DNA from: Candidatus Parcubacteria bacterium
GTDB lineage: Bacteria; Patescibacteriota; Minisyncoccia; Phycocordibacterales; CAIZLB01
NCBI GenBank assembly: GCA_043760135.1
Contig: JAYUPL010000007.1
Coordinates: 64,106-128,105 of the forward strand
Reading direction: 5' to 3'
DNA length: 64,000 nucleotides
Part shown: positions 29,914-40,739 of the stretch, in pieces
Layout: every line of letters starts with the position of its first letter
How positions within the stretch are numbered: the first letter of the stretch is position 1
Notes under the pieces: model-generated
What the model was told of the DNA's origin: nothing
The model's input: only the letters and a program-made list of their open reading frames with translations
Databases searched by the model: none
Program-made: the position numbers and the translations under genes

Positions 29914-30774
29914 TTATAAAATAATATTCTTATGGTTATCTTTATGCATAAACAAGAACATCCGTACACCTTTAGCTGGTGGATTATCTAGATCAAATTT
30001 CTTTAAGGTGCCATACTCGAGTATTTGAGTGCTGTATTCCAACGATTCGAGTAGTCTAATTGTTTCAGAAAAATTTTGGTTTTTGTATAGTCCATCACGC
30101 CCATCTTTTGTGTGACAAATTTCAACGAATAGTATTGGTTTATGTGTCTTTATGGAATCTAAGGCTCCTTTTAATACATCAAACTCAAATCCTTCAACGT
30201 CAATTTTAATAAAATTAATATGAGAAATCCCTTTTTCTTTTACAACATCATCCAGTCTTTTGATGGGGATGTTTAACTTATTCTCTGTATTCGTTGTGAA
30301 CTCTTTGATGAGAGTTGTGCCTGAACCAGCTGTATATATATCTATATTTCCGCTAGTTTCGCCTAATGCACATTCATTAATATCGACATTAGACAATCTA
30401 TTTAAATATACACTTTCTTTTATTGAATCGAAGTGAAGACTGATAGGCTCAAAGCTGTATGTTTTTGAATTTGGAAACATATAGGCTGACATTATTCCAT
30501 AATATCCGGTATTGGCACCTATATCTAGTAAGACAAAGTCAGATGAAAGTTGTGTCAGTATTTTTTGAACCAAAATGGTTTCTTCTTGCTCAACTACTCC
30601 GTTTGCTGCGATTCCATAAGCTATGTCGTTGATATCATACAGATTGCCACAATACCAAAAACCATCTTTTGATTTTACTGCGTGCGGATAGCTCAGGTTT
30701 GCTGTTGATATGAGTAGTATTTTTCTTTTTATTAAAATTCCTACAGCATTGATTAGTTTGTGTATTATTTTCAT
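29914..30774 (-). CDS. FkbM-family methyltransferase
   Basis: DIGANTGYY, SFEP, IKIDVEGFE. Confidence 0.92.
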   Translation of the reverse strand: MKIIHKLINAVGILIKRKILLISTANLSYPHAVKSKDGFWYCGNLYDINDIAYGIAANGVVEQEETILVQKILTQLSSDFVLLDIGANTGYYGIMSAYMFPNSKTYSFEPISLHFDSIKESVYLNRLSNVDINECALGETSGNIDIYTAGSGTTLIKEFTTNTENKLNIPIKRLDDVVKEKGISHINFIKIDVEGFEFDVLKGALDSIKTHKPILFVEICHTKDGRDGLYKNQNFSETIRLLESLEYSTQILEYGTLKKFDLDNPPAKGVRMFLFMHKDNHKNIIL

Positions 30775-31512
30775 TTATTTTAATTTATTCTTTACAAATC
30801 TAATCACCCTGTTTGTTTTATTTTTCAAGCCGTCCAGTATCCACAGTGTTTTTTCTTTTGTAGTGGGTGTAAAATAGTTTATTTTTGAACCTGCTTTAAC
30901 TTTTCTACCAAAGACACCACTTTGATAACCTGTATTTTCGAGGCTAAAAAACTCCAATTGCCAGTCAGGTAAATTTTTGGCCCACCAGTTTTTACTTCTG
31001 ATATGCCACATGCTTTGCTGAATGTTTCTATCATATCTTTCGTCAAAAAAGAGTGCTGATCCTTCAGGTAGGATATTTACCTCCTTTAAAAAATCCTTTA
31101 CATAAAAATCCTTGATGTGTGACAAAACAGTTGAGGTAGTAATGAAAGCTGGTTCGTTGAGTTTTAACATTTTCATTCCATCAACCATATCCATGTTTAC
31201 AAACTCAAGATTTGAGAAATTTCCCCGTTCGGTGATAATTTGCTTATTTATTTCGATTATTTCTTTCACAGGCTCTATTCCAATAACTCTTTTAAATAGG
31301 GGTGATGTCTTGTGCATGAGCCATGCAGAACCGCACCCGATGTCTACGTGCGTGTGAATATTATTGAGCATACTTATTGCTTTTTCAAAGCCTAGTTTTT
31401 CGAACATCTTACCATCTTCCTGCTTTTTTAAAATATTTTGCACGTATTCGGGCGTATGTAGTTTCAAATAGTCTTGTTCATGTTCTTTAAAGCTTTGCAA
31501 ATCTTTCTTCAT
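30775..31512 (-). CDS. Class I SAM-dependent methyltransferase
   Basis: VDIGCGS, IGIEP. Confidence 0.8.
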   Translation of the reverse strand: MKKDLQSFKEHEQDYLKLHTPEYVQNILKKQEDGKMFEKLGFEKAISMLNNIHTHVDIGCGSAWLMHKTSPLFKRVIGIEPVKEIIEINKQIITERGNFSNLEFVNMDMVDGMKMLKLNEPAFITTSTVLSHIKDFYVKDFLKEVNILPEGSALFFDERYDRNIQQSMWHIRSKNWWAKNLPDWQLEFFSLENTGYQSGVFGRKVKAGSKINYFTPTTKEKTLWILDGLKNKTNRVIRFVKNKLK

Positions 31513-31516
31513 GTTT

Positions 31517-32422
31517 TTATTTTATTTTTTTTATTTGGTTTTTAATGGTGTTTAATGTTACAAGCCATTTCGGAAATTTTTTTGGCTCAGGCTTTCTTCC
31601 TGTTTCTTGTATGAATAATTCCTCAAGTTCTGATAAATGCCATATGTCTAAGGGTTCAAAGTAGAGTGCTCCATGTTCCTTAAGTTTTGATACTATCTCA
31701 TCTCTTTGCCAGATATTATCTTGTTGTATTAACGGCATTGTTTTCGGCTGTTTCTCAGAATTGTTTATCTCCCTACAAGTAAATTCCTTTGTGTGTCCGT
31801 ACATGTTGTTGATTCGCTTGGCTGATTTTTCTTTTTTTAAAAATTCAGAGATCATGTACCATACTTGCTTATACTGACAGCGTTTTTGGTCAATAAATTG
31901 ATAATGGAATATGAGATTATTACCTTCAATCCTTTTTGCCTCGATTCCAGTTGTTGGTACTCTTGGTATGCCAATGAACCCTGGTGCAAATACTGAAACT
32001 CCGTCATCGCAAAATGCAAAAGTTTTGAAAATCTGCGGTTTCTTAAATGTAGTTTTTGAACAGAGATTAAGCCATTCAAGTTCTAGTGATTGTCCAGGCT
32101 TTAAGGACTGCAGAATTTCTCTTGCGTTTTTTTGAAATTCTTCTGAGCAGGCCTCATCCGCATCAAGTGCTATGATGTGAGTGGCACCTTGCTCTCGTGC
32201 AGCCTGCAATAGTCGGGTACGAATCTCGTATTCTTTCCACCCTACGTTTGTAGAAGTTTCAAAGGGAATAATTGTACAATTATATTTTTTTAAAATTTCT
32301 AAAGTAGAGTCGGTTGAGTTGTCGTCAATAGTGATAATGCTATCAGCAAATGATAGGGATGTGAGACAATGTTCTAAACACCACTCTTCATTTTTAACAG
32401 GTAATAGTGCAATAATTTTCAT
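31517..32422 (-). CDS. Glycosyltransferase family 2
   Basis: VKNEE, DDNSTDST, LDADE. Confidence 0.85.
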   Translation of the reverse strand: MKIIALLPVKNEEWCLEHCLTSLSFADSIITIDDNSTDSTLEILKKYNCTIIPFETSTNVGWKEYEIRTRLLQAAREQGATHIIALDADEACSEEFQKNAREILQSLKPGQSLELEWLNLCSKTTFKKPQIFKTFAFCDDGVSVFAPGFIGIPRVPTTGIEAKRIEGNNLIFHYQFIDQKRCQYKQVWYMISEFLKKEKSAKRINNMYGHTKEFTCREINNSEKQPKTMPLIQQDNIWQRDEIVSKLKEHGALYFEPLDIWHLSELEELFIQETGRKPEPKKFPKWLVTLNTIKNQIKKIK

Positions 32423-33352
32423 TTATTTAATAAGTAATTTTTTAATATATGTTTTAAGTACATATATTAATTTATTATATCCAGTTGTTGATTTGAGTAA
32501 GGTTTTAAAGATACTTTTGTGTATTTCGTTTTCAGTGTTTTGAATAATAAGTACATAGTTGGGTACGAATTTTTTAACAGGGAAGGATTCATTAAAGAAA
32601 GTTATGTATGGGATCGAATATTCTACAGTTCGTGGCAAGAAGGTTAGGTCTATTTTATCAAAAATTCCGTACCGCAACTCGATAACTGTTCGTTCTGCAG
32701 GTTGCTTTGAGTTTGGTCTCGTACTGGCTCCTTTGCCTTCGTTTAAGTAATATCCTAAAAGTTCTTTGGCAATTGCTACTTTTCCGTTATATGCCAGTCT
32801 GATAGAGAGGTCAAAATCTGCTCCTGATTTTAATTGTTCATCAAAGTATCCAGCTTTTTCACATAGACTTTTCTTAAACATAAGAAAAGGACCAAAGACC
32901 ATTGATCTCTTGTATTCCTCCGGGTCAATATTTCCATGTTTAACAACTGAACCTTCAGTGGCTCCAAATTTTCTTACAATAGTGTAATCGCCAATAGCAA
33001 TATCAGCATCATTTCCGATAATCGCATTTACTTGGGATTCGATTGAGTTAGGTGTTCGTAAATCATCAACATTCCAGATAGTAACCAGCTCTCCTGAAGC
33101 CTCTTTGATACATCTATTCATCGATGTTCCAATAGGATCAACTTTTTCAATAATAATGTGTTTTATTTTATTTGGGTATTTTGCATCAAATTCTTTCACC
33201 CAGTTTATCTCTTCCTGATCAGGCTCATTATGGTCAAGAACCACTTCTAAATTATCAAAATACGTTTGCTGAGGTAACTCATCAAGGAATTTTTTTAAAT
33301 ATGGCTTCATTCTGAAGCATGGAGTGATGGTGCTGACTTTTAGTTTTGACAT
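32423..33352 (-). CDS. Glycosyltransferase family 2
   Basis: ITPCF, WNVDD, GYFDE...ADFDLSIRL. Confidence 0.85.
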   Translation of the reverse strand: MSKLKVSTITPCFRMKPYLKKFLDELPQQTYFDNLEVVLDHNEPDQEEINWVKEFDAKYPNKIKHIIIEKVDPIGTSMNRCIKEASGELVTIWNVDDLRTPNSIESQVNAIIGNDADIAIGDYTIVRKFGATEGSVVKHGNIDPEEYKRSMVFGPFLMFKKSLCEKAGYFDEQLKSGADFDLSIRLAYNGKVAIAKELLGYYLNEGKGASTRPNSKQPAERTVIELRYGIFDKIDLTFLPRTVEYSIPYITFFNESFPVKKFVPNYVLIIQNTENEIHKSIFKTLLKSTTGYNKLIYVLKTYIKKLLIK

Positions 33353-33360
33353 TATAGGTA

Positions 33361-34161
33361 TTATAGATTTTTATGTTTTTTCATATCTTCTACCATTTTT
33401 GCAAGGCCTTTTTGTAAATCTACTCTCGGAGACCATCCTGGAATCTTTCCTTTGATAGGTGTGTCAGGGGTTGATCCCAGTTTTTCACCTGGAATAACTT
33501 TTGCGCCGGTGAGTTCTGCAATGATATTGGCCAAATCTATTACCCTAACCCACTCAAAACTGGTAACATCGTGAATTCCTTTAAGGTTATCTTCCATGGC
33601 TTTGTACCAAGCTTCGGTTACGTCATCAATATGTATAAAATGTCTTTTTTCCTCGCCAGAAGTCAACATACGGATCTCCCCGGTAGTCAGAGCTTGTGAT
33701 ACAAAGTCGGAAACAACGTGACTTCTGATTGATTCTTCTTCGATTGGACCATATACGTTCCACTGTCTAATAAATACACCTCCTAAAAGGCGTGTCCACA
33801 CCTCTCCAAGTCTTTTTGTAACACCATATACGGTGTCATATTCTTCGGCAAGTTGAGATGAAATAAAGAGAAATGGTTTCTTGCTTTTTTCCAATTGCCC
33901 CATTACGTTGTGTAATAGCTTTAAGTTTCCGCTTAGTTGACCCAATTGCAGGTCTTGGTGATATAAAAACTTGGCACCACCAACGTCCCAGGCCAAGAAA
34001 TAAACTCTATCTATTTCGTCAAAATTTATTTGTGCAATTCGAGCATCTTCGTGCTCACCGTTTTTTATATCAAATACAACAACTTCCTCACCTTTAGATT
34101 TTAAGAAGTGTACAAAAGGTTTTCCTATAAAGCCTTCTCCTCCAATTACTAGATTTCTCAT
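33361..34161 (-). CDS. NAD-dependent epimerase/dehydratase
   Basis: GGEGFIG, YGVTK, NVYGP, RHFIHIDD. Confidence 0.9.
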   Translation of the reverse strand: MRNLVIGGEGFIGKPFVHFLKSKGEEVVVFDIKNGEHEDARIAQINFDEIDRVYFLAWDVGGAKFLYHQDLQLGQLSGNLKLLHNVMGQLEKSKKPFLFISSQLAEEYDTVYGVTKRLGEVWTRLLGGVFIRQWNVYGPIEEESIRSHVVSDFVSQALTTGEIRMLTSGEEKRHFIHIDDVTEAWYKAMEDNLKGIHDVTSFEWVRVIDLANIIAELTGAKVIPGEKLGSTPDTPIKGKIPGWSPRVDLQKGLAKMVEDMKKHKNL

Positions 34162-34258
34162 GATATAGATATATAATTTTAGTTAGTTAATTTGATAAAT
34201 TTTACCACACTATTTGGTTTTAAGAAAATTGTTTAATTATGCGTTTTATTGGATATTA

Positions 34259-35554
34259 TTATGACCGAATCATTGCTATGATCCTGTTTCGAGGTACTTT
34301 AAACAGCATTACACTCAATGGTCCAAGAGTGTAAGAGGTGAGGGTGGCGAATGCTGAGCCGTTTATTCCATATTCAGGTATGAGTAGGATGTTTAATACA
34401 ACATTCAACACCATCCCAATTATTGACATATATAGAATAATAGAAGAAAGCTTTTCTGCTACTAAATACTGCATAATAACCATTCCAAGACTTATACCTA
34501 CTCCTGACCATATATAGAGTTGTAATACTTGGTATCCCGCAATAAAATTTACACCGAAGACTAAGTGTAAAATTGGTTTGGCATAAATACTTCCAATTAT
34601 TGCAATAATCGAAGAAGTTAGAATTAAAAAACCTGTTAATTTTAAAACTCTTTTTGTATAGATATATGTGTCAGTCATTTGAGCATTCAATATAGAAGGA
34701 AATAAAGTTGATACAATAATTGCCGGTATAAAATACCAAGCTTCAGATAACGTAACTGCTGCACTATATAAGCCAACAGCCTCGGCATTTATGTAGTTTT
34801 TGAGTAAAACTTGATCAACTCTGGAGTATATGAGGATAAAAATACTTGAAAACATAAGTGGTAACGATGCTTTTATTATTTCCTTGGCGATGGATAGTTT
34901 AAAATTCCATTTTTTTAATTTTCCATAAAATTTAGAATAATATATCAGAAAAAAAGTTCCATATAATAGTGGTTCTATTATTAAAACAAAGCCTAAAAAT
35001 AGGACCCCTTTATTCATGAACACGATGCTAAGTTTTAATAATGCTAAAATTATGCTCACTGATATTGTTATAAGTGAAAGTTTTTTGTTTTCAAGTCGTG
35101 CCTGAAAGGTATAAGTGATAACACTGAAAGCTTGAAAAATATATGAAATTGAGATAATGAATATTAATTTTCCTTCTAAGGGGTTTGTGGTAAAAAATAA
35201 TGAAACTAAAAAAGTTGTAACCAAAGCTAAAAAACCACCACTCATTTTCAATATAAAAGAAGTTCCAAGAATATCAGCCTCTTTCTCTGGATTCTTAATG
35301 ATCTCTCTGTATAAGATTTGGTCTATACCCAAAGTTGCAATAAAAGAAAATAATCCGACAAAGCTAATTGCATAGCTCAGCGTTCCGTATTTTTCAGGTC
35401 CTAGGTATCGGGCGACTATGGCTATTACAAAAAAGGATATACCCAAGCTTATTACTCGAGAAAAGAAAAGCCATCCAATGTTTTGGAAATACTTCTGGAA
35501 GCCTGCATGCTCCCATTTTTCTGTGAGGTATTTTTTTAAATCAACTATTTTCAT
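34259..35554 (-). CDS. Wzx-type flippase
   Basis: ARYLGPEKYG, multiple TMs, LIPEYGINGSAFAT. Confidence 0.9.
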   Translation of the reverse strand: MKIVDLKKYLTEKWEHAGFQKYFQNIGWLFFSRVISLGISFFVIAIVARYLGPEKYGTLSYAISFVGLFSFIATLGIDQILYREIIKNPEKEADILGTSFILKMSGGFLALVTTFLVSLFFTTNPLEGKLIFIISISYIFQAFSVITYTFQARLENKKLSLITISVSIILALLKLSIVFMNKGVLFLGFVLIIEPLLYGTFFLIYYSKFYGKLKKWNFKLSIAKEIIKASLPLMFSSIFILIYSRVDQVLLKNYINAEAVGLYSAAVTLSEAWYFIPAIIVSTLFPSILNAQMTDTYIYTKRVLKLTGFLILTSSIIAIIGSIYAKPILHLVFGVNFIAGYQVLQLYIWSGVGISLGMVIMQYLVAEKLSSIILYMSIIGMVLNVVLNILLIPEYGINGSAFATLTSYTLGPLSVMLFKVPRNRIIAMIRS

Positions 35555-35590
35555 ATAACTTTCTTTAAAATACATGTTATAATACTCCGC

Positions 35591-37744
35591 ATGAATACAC
35601 AAATACAAGACATTAAAAAAGCTCTAAGATTCATTACTATTATATTGATCGGAGCGACATTATTAACCCCTTTTATCTTCTCCGGCGAATTATTCTTTCC
35701 ATATATCACGAGCAAAGCATTTTTTATGAGATTGATGATCGTATTGTCTACAGTATCTTATATAGGTTTGGCATTAATTGATAAAAATTCACGTCCTAAA
35801 AAATCAGCCATGCTCTATGCAATGGGTGCTTTTATGGTCGTACTTCTGTTGGCAACATTAAATAGTGTGAATCCTACACGAAGTCTCTGGTCAAATTTTG
35901 AAAGAATGGAAGGTTTGGTAACTATGTTATATATGGCTGCATTATTTGTTATGTCTGCCTCAACACTCAGAAAGAAAGAGTGGACGCATATGATGCATTT
36001 TTCTCTCCTGATATCCGTTGTTACAGGTTTGCATGCGTTGGGTGATGCGAGTCCTCGTATATCTGGTCACCTCGGTAACTCTTCGTATCTTGGGGTGTAT
36101 GCTTTAATGCATGTATTTTTTGGCCTATTGGGTGCCGCGATGGTATTTAGAGGTAATAGAGAAAGGGAATTATTAGAATCAGGCGAACATAAGGCTGCCC
36201 ATAGATTAACAACAAATAATTACATGTCTATCGCACTATATATAGCGTTAGCTGTATTTAACCTATTTATCTTATTTAAAACAGGAACAAGAGGAGCTTT
36301 TGTTGGACTGGTTGTTGGTTTGATATTGTCGTCTATCTATTTGGTCTGGAAAGAGAAGAATAAGATCATCCGCTTCGGGGCTATGGGTTTTTTGATTGCT
36401 GTTGTGATGTCTGTTTCTTTTTTAGGTATTTTTAAGCATTCATCTTTCGTTGAGAATAATGTCTTGCTGTCTCGTTTTGCAGCTTTGGTTACAACAGACT
36501 ATAAAGCAGTATTGAACAACCAAGGTGAAAGTCGTACAATGATCTGGAAAATGGCATTTGAAGGGGTGAAAGAAAGACCTCTACTTGGTTGGGGGCAAGA
36601 TAATTTTGGGTATGTGTTTGCAAAATACTATAACCCTCACATGTATGCACAAGAGCAGTGGTTTGATAGATCTCACAATGTGTTTATGGATTGGTTGATT
36701 GCTGCGGGTATATTAGGTCTCGCAGGATACTTGTCTCTGTTTGTTATCGCACTGTATTTTATATTTTCTAAAAAATCTAAATTTACCATTATTGAAAAAT
36801 CAATATGGCTTGGATTGCTAGCATCATATTTTATACATAATATATTCGTATTTGATAACCTTTCAAGTTATGTACTATTCTTCCTGATATTGGGTTATAT
36901 AAATGATAGGTATACACACGATAGGAATGAAAAGGTAGATAGATCTTTATCTGAAAATGAAATGAATAAAATTATTCTTATAAGTATAATTTCACTTGGA
37001 GCGTTGTCTTATATTTCTTATCACACAATCTTAAGACCATATTCTCAAAATATTGCCTTGATAGAAGTTCTGAGAAATACACAAACTGTGGGAGTTTCTA
37101 AAACTATTGATAAAGATTTTGAAAATGTTTTACAAAAAGGTCCGACTGGAAAGTTTGAAATATTTGAACAAATATCAACTGCATTCCCAAAGATTGCAAA
37201 TGAACCTACACTATCTACTACAACGAAACAAAATCTATTTAATGTGTATAGAAAAATTGTTGCTGAATATGATAAAGAAATAAGTAATGATGCTCGATAT
37301 AATTATTTTGTATCTAATACATATAAAACTATCGGTATGAACGATCAAGCGTTGGTGTATATAAATAAGGCATATGATTTATCACCAACAAAGCAAACCT
37401 TCGCATACAGTAAAGCTATTTTATTGATAGATACAGGTGATATAAATGGTGCCATAGCGTTGCTAAAAAAAGCATATGAAGATGCACCAGAGAATATTAC
37501 TGCTTACGGATATTATGTTGGGACACTTTCTGAATTGGCGAAGAAGAATAATTATGCTTCAGCCGACATGGATAAGATCGCACAAGTATTAGCTGAAGGG
37601 TATACTAAAAATGGTTATGACTTAATTATTAAAAAAGAATTCTGGGATTTATTTACAAATCAAAAAGTAAAAACTGTGTTAGTAAATAAAATTTCCGAGT
37701 TAGTACCAGAATTAAAGTTAGGAATTATGAACGCATCGAGATAA
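35591..37744 (+). CDS. O-antigen ligase / O-oligosaccharyltransferase-like protein (Wzy_C) with TPRs
   Basis: TGTRGA, R..IW...PLLGWG..NF, DRSHN, C-terminal TPR-like helices. Confidence 0.85.
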   Translation: MNTQIQDIKKALRFITIILIGATLLTPFIFSGELFFPYITSKAFFMRLMIVLSTVSYIGLALIDKNSRPKKSAMLYAMGAFMVVLLLATLNSVNPTRSLWSNFERMEGLVTMLYMAALFVMSASTLRKKEWTHMMHFSLLISVVTGLHALGDASPRISGHLGNSSYLGVYALMHVFFGLLGAAMVFRGNRERELLESGEHKAAHRLTTNNYMSIALYIALAVFNLFILFKTGTRGAFVGLVVGLILSSIYLVWKEKNKIIRFGAMGFLIAVVMSVSFLGIFKHSSFVENNVLLSRFAALVTTDYKAVLNNQGESRTMIWKMAFEGVKERPLLGWGQDNFGYVFAKYYNPHMYAQEQWFDRSHNVFMDWLIAAGILGLAGYLSLFVIALYFIFSKKSKFTIIEKSIWLGLLASYFIHNIFVFDNLSSYVLFFLILGYINDRYTHDRNEKVDRSLSENEMNKIILISIISLGALSYISYHTILRPYSQNIALIEVLRNTQTVGVSKTIDKDFENVLQKGPTGKFEIFEQISTAFPKIANEPTLSTTTKQNLFNVYRKIVAEYDKEISNDARYNYFVSNTYKTIGMNDQALVYINKAYDLSPTKQTFAYSKAILLIDTGDINGAIALLKKAYEDAPENITAYGYYVGTLSELAKKNNYASADMDKIAQVLAEGYTKNGYDLIIKKEFWDLFTNQKVKTVLVNKISELVPELKLGIMNASR

Positions 37745-38069
37745 AAACCTTTGATAAAAAAATCCCATTCAAGGAAAGAATGGGATTTTTTCTATCTCAG
37801 GTTTAGAAGAGGTAATCATACAGATAAAGGTTCTTTTCAAACTTTGAAATACAAATTTTAATTTTTTTAAAAATATTTTCACAAAGAAAAAAATAAAAAT
37901 AAAAAAAATATTTAAAAAATAATTATCCACAAAATATTTTCATAAAAAATGTTTGCATTGTAAAAAATAATTAGTGTATAATAAAGACACGTGAGAAGAA
38001 AATGTTTGTCGAACATAAAGCTTCACACGCGATAATCATTTCTAAATAATTTTTAAATAAAATAAATAT

Positions 38070-38204
38070 ATGGCAGTAAAAAAAGCAGCAAAAAAAGTTG
38101 TAAAAAAAGCAGTTAAAAAAGCAGCTCCTAAAAAAGTTGTAAAAAAAGCAGCTCCTAAAAAAGCAGTTAAAAAAACTGTAAAAAAAACAGCAAAAAAAAG
38201 ATAG
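38070..38204 (+). CDS. 44-aa Lys/Ala-rich histone-H1-like protein (missing from ORF track)
   Basis: MAVKKAAKKVVKKAVKKAAPKKVVKKAAPKKAVKKTVKKTAKKR; promoter upstream and terminator at ~38225-38259. Confidence 0.8.
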   Translation: MAVKKAAKKVVKKAVKKAAPKKVVKKAAPKKAVKKTVKKTAKKR

Positions 38205-38302
38205 TTCACTCTATCCCACAAACAAAAGTACGTAAGATGTAAAAATCCTACGTACTTTTGTTTTACTTACTGTTTTTAACGTTTTGTGATATAAATATAC
38301 AC

Positions 38303-40579
38303 ATGTCATTTTTAAATTTATTAGGTTCTCCTATAAAAAAATATCAAAAAAAGGTTGCTATTATTAACGATTTAGAGGCTTCTGTTTCTGCCTTGACTTC
38401 CACAGAATTAAAAGAAAAATCATTAACCTTAAAATCTGTTTTAATCGGCGCTGATAAAACAAAACTGGATGAGAATCTTCCTGAGGCTTTTGCACTCGTT
38501 CGTGAGTCAGCAAAAAGAACTCTAAATCAGCGTCACTATGATGTACAACTTATTGGTGGAATGATCTTACACGATAACAATGTTGCAGAAATGAAAACCG
38601 GTGAAGGAAAAACACAGATGGCAACATTACCAACCTATCTGAATGCACTTGTTGGGAAAGGTGTGCACGTAGTAACGGTGAACGATTATCTTTCAGGGCG
38701 TGATGCGGTATGGATGGGGCAAATATATTATGCACTTGGTTTATCAACTGCTGTAATCATGCAAGACAAATCTTTTATCTATGATCCAACACATACAACA
38801 AAGGAAGACGATAAAGGTGTGGATGAGACAGGTTCATTCAAAGTTGAATATGAATTCTTGAGACCAGTCACACGAAAAGAAGCATACGAGGCTGATATTA
38901 CATATGGAACAAATTCAGTGTTTGGTTTTGACTATCTGTTTGACAACATTGCTAACTCAAAAGAAGAATTAAGACAACGAGGACATTATTTTGCAATTAT
39001 CGATGAGGCTGACTCTATTCTTATAGATGAATCACGAAGTCCTTTGATTGTATCTCAACCAGCTGAAGAGTCGGATGATGTCTACAAGACATTCGCAGCC
39101 ATTGTTCGTGATTTTAAAAGAGATGAGCATTATATATATGATGAGAAGTTTAAATCAATTCAAGTTACAGATGCAGGTATTGATTTGGCTGAGAAAAAAC
39201 TAAATATAACTGATTTATATAATAATGAAAATATTAAACTTGTTCACCATCTAGAGACAGCTATTAAAGCCAAAGCGGTTTATCATAAAGAGGTTGATTA
39301 TCTTATTAAAGAAGGGGAGGTTCTTATTGTTGATACTTCAACAGGAAGAGTTCAGCCAGGTAGACGTTGGTCAGATGGTATTCATCAAGCTATTGAGGCT
39401 AAAGAAGGGGTTAAGATTCAAAGAGAAAGTAAGACTGCTGCGTCTATTACATATCAAAACTTGTTTAGATTGTATGAAAGACTTTCAGGTATGACAGGAA
39501 CAGGTATGACTTCTCGCGAAGAGTTTATTAAAGTATACGGTTTGGATGTGGTTGCTGTACCAACTCATAAACCAGTTACTCGTGTTGATAAAGATGATCT
39601 TATTTTCATGACCGAACTTGGAAAATTTAAAGCCATCGCAAAAAAGATAAAAGAGTTAAATCAAAAAGGACAACCTGTGCTTGTTGGTACAATTTCTATT
39701 GAGAAAAATGAATTATTGTCACAATATTTAAAAATTGCTGGCGTTAAGCATAATCTATTGAATGCTAAACCTGAACTTGCAGAACGTGAAGGAGAGACTA
39801 TTGCACAAGCAGGAAAAAAGGGTGCGGTAACTATTGCAACTAACATGGCGGGTCGTGGAGTTGATATTAAACTTGGAGGTATTCCTTGTACACCAGAAGA
39901 AAATCAAGAAATAAAAGATCTTGGTGGTTTATATGTGATTGGAACAGAGAGACATGATTCACGACGTGTTGATAATCAGCTACGTGGCCGCTCAGGACGT
40001 CAAGGAGACGCCGGTGAGACGCAGTTCTATGTATCACTTGAAGATGAACTTATGCGTGTGTTTGCAAACAATGCAATCAAAGGTTTGATGGCTCGTATGC
40101 AATTACCAGAAGATGAGGCGATACAACACAAACTTGTTTCAAGATCATTAGAGTCTGCACAAAAGAAAATCGAAGGCTTTCATTTTGATTCAAGAAAAAG
40201 AGTGTTGGAGTTTGATGATGTATTAAATCAACAAAGACAAAACATTTATTCTAGAAGAAGAGCTATCTTGCTTGCTGAGGGTGAGGAGTTAAAAAACTTG
40301 GTTGATGATATGTTGGTAAACCTTGAAATTCCTGAACATAAAAAGACAGATGATTTCTATAAAATCTGCAAACAAGTCTTGCTTCAAATCAATGATTATT
40401 ACTGGATGAATCACCTTGATAATATGGGTCATCTACAAACTTCCGTAAACTTCAGAGCGATCGGACAACATGATCCAATCGTAGAGTATAAGAGGGAAGG
40501 GTTAATTGCCTTTAAACAGCTTAACGAAAAGATAAAGTCTGATTTTGTTGGTAATGCTTCAAGGTTGGCATCTTCATAG
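38303..40579 (+). CDS. secA: Preprotein translocase ATPase SecA
   Basis: AEMKTGEGKT, IIDEADS, ATNMAGRGVDI, QLRGRSGRQGD. Confidence 0.98.
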   Translation: MSFLNLLGSPIKKYQKKVAIINDLEASVSALTSTELKEKSLTLKSVLIGADKTKLDENLPEAFALVRESAKRTLNQRHYDVQLIGGMILHDNNVAEMKTGEGKTQMATLPTYLNALVGKGVHVVTVNDYLSGRDAVWMGQIYYALGLSTAVIMQDKSFIYDPTHTTKEDDKGVDETGSFKVEYEFLRPVTRKEAYEADITYGTNSVFGFDYLFDNIANSKEELRQRGHYFAIIDEADSILIDESRSPLIVSQPAEESDDVYKTFAAIVRDFKRDEHYIYDEKFKSIQVTDAGIDLAEKKLNITDLYNNENIKLVHHLETAIKAKAVYHKEVDYLIKEGEVLIVDTSTGRVQPGRRWSDGIHQAIEAKEGVKIQRESKTAASITYQNLFRLYERLSGMTGTGMTSREEFIKVYGLDVVAVPTHKPVTRVDKDDLIFMTELGKFKAIAKKIKELNQKGQPVLVGTISIEKNELLSQYLKIAGVKHNLLNAKPELAEREGETIAQAGKKGAVTIATNMAGRGVDIKLGGIPCTPEENQEIKDLGGLYVIGTERHDSRRVDNQLRGRSGRQGDAGETQFYVSLEDELMRVFANNAIKGLMARMQLPEDEAIQHKLVSRSLESAQKKIEGFHFDSRKRVLEFDDVLNQQRQNIYSRRRAILLAEGEELKNLVDDMLVNLEIPEHKKTDDFYKICKQVLLQINDYYWMNHLDNMGHLQTSVNFRAIGQHDPIVEYKREGLIAFKQLNEKIKSDFVGNASRLASS

Positions 40580-40702
40580 CAAACTTATTTACGGAATGAC
40601 ACTTTGCCCTAGGCAAAGCGCTTCGCAGACCCGCCTACCCTGAGGGTAGGTGTTCCTAGAAAATGGGTCGAGGACTGAAACGGAATGGAGCAAATAAGTT
40701 TG
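40580..40702. repeat. Structured intergenic repeat family A, copy 2
   Basis: 11-bp terminal inverted repeat CAAACTTATTT/AAATAAGTTTG; homologous to 21985-22083. Confidence 0.8.
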
Positions 40703-40739
40703 ATTGATAAATCAATAGAATTTTGGTACTATACTAAAC

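Noticed and set aside
37790-37950. Extremely AT-rich tract with one TTATCCACA (37923-37931) as a possible oriC
   Set aside because: Only one perfect DnaA box was seen and dnaA/dnaN are not nearby; cannot be supported without GC-skew data.
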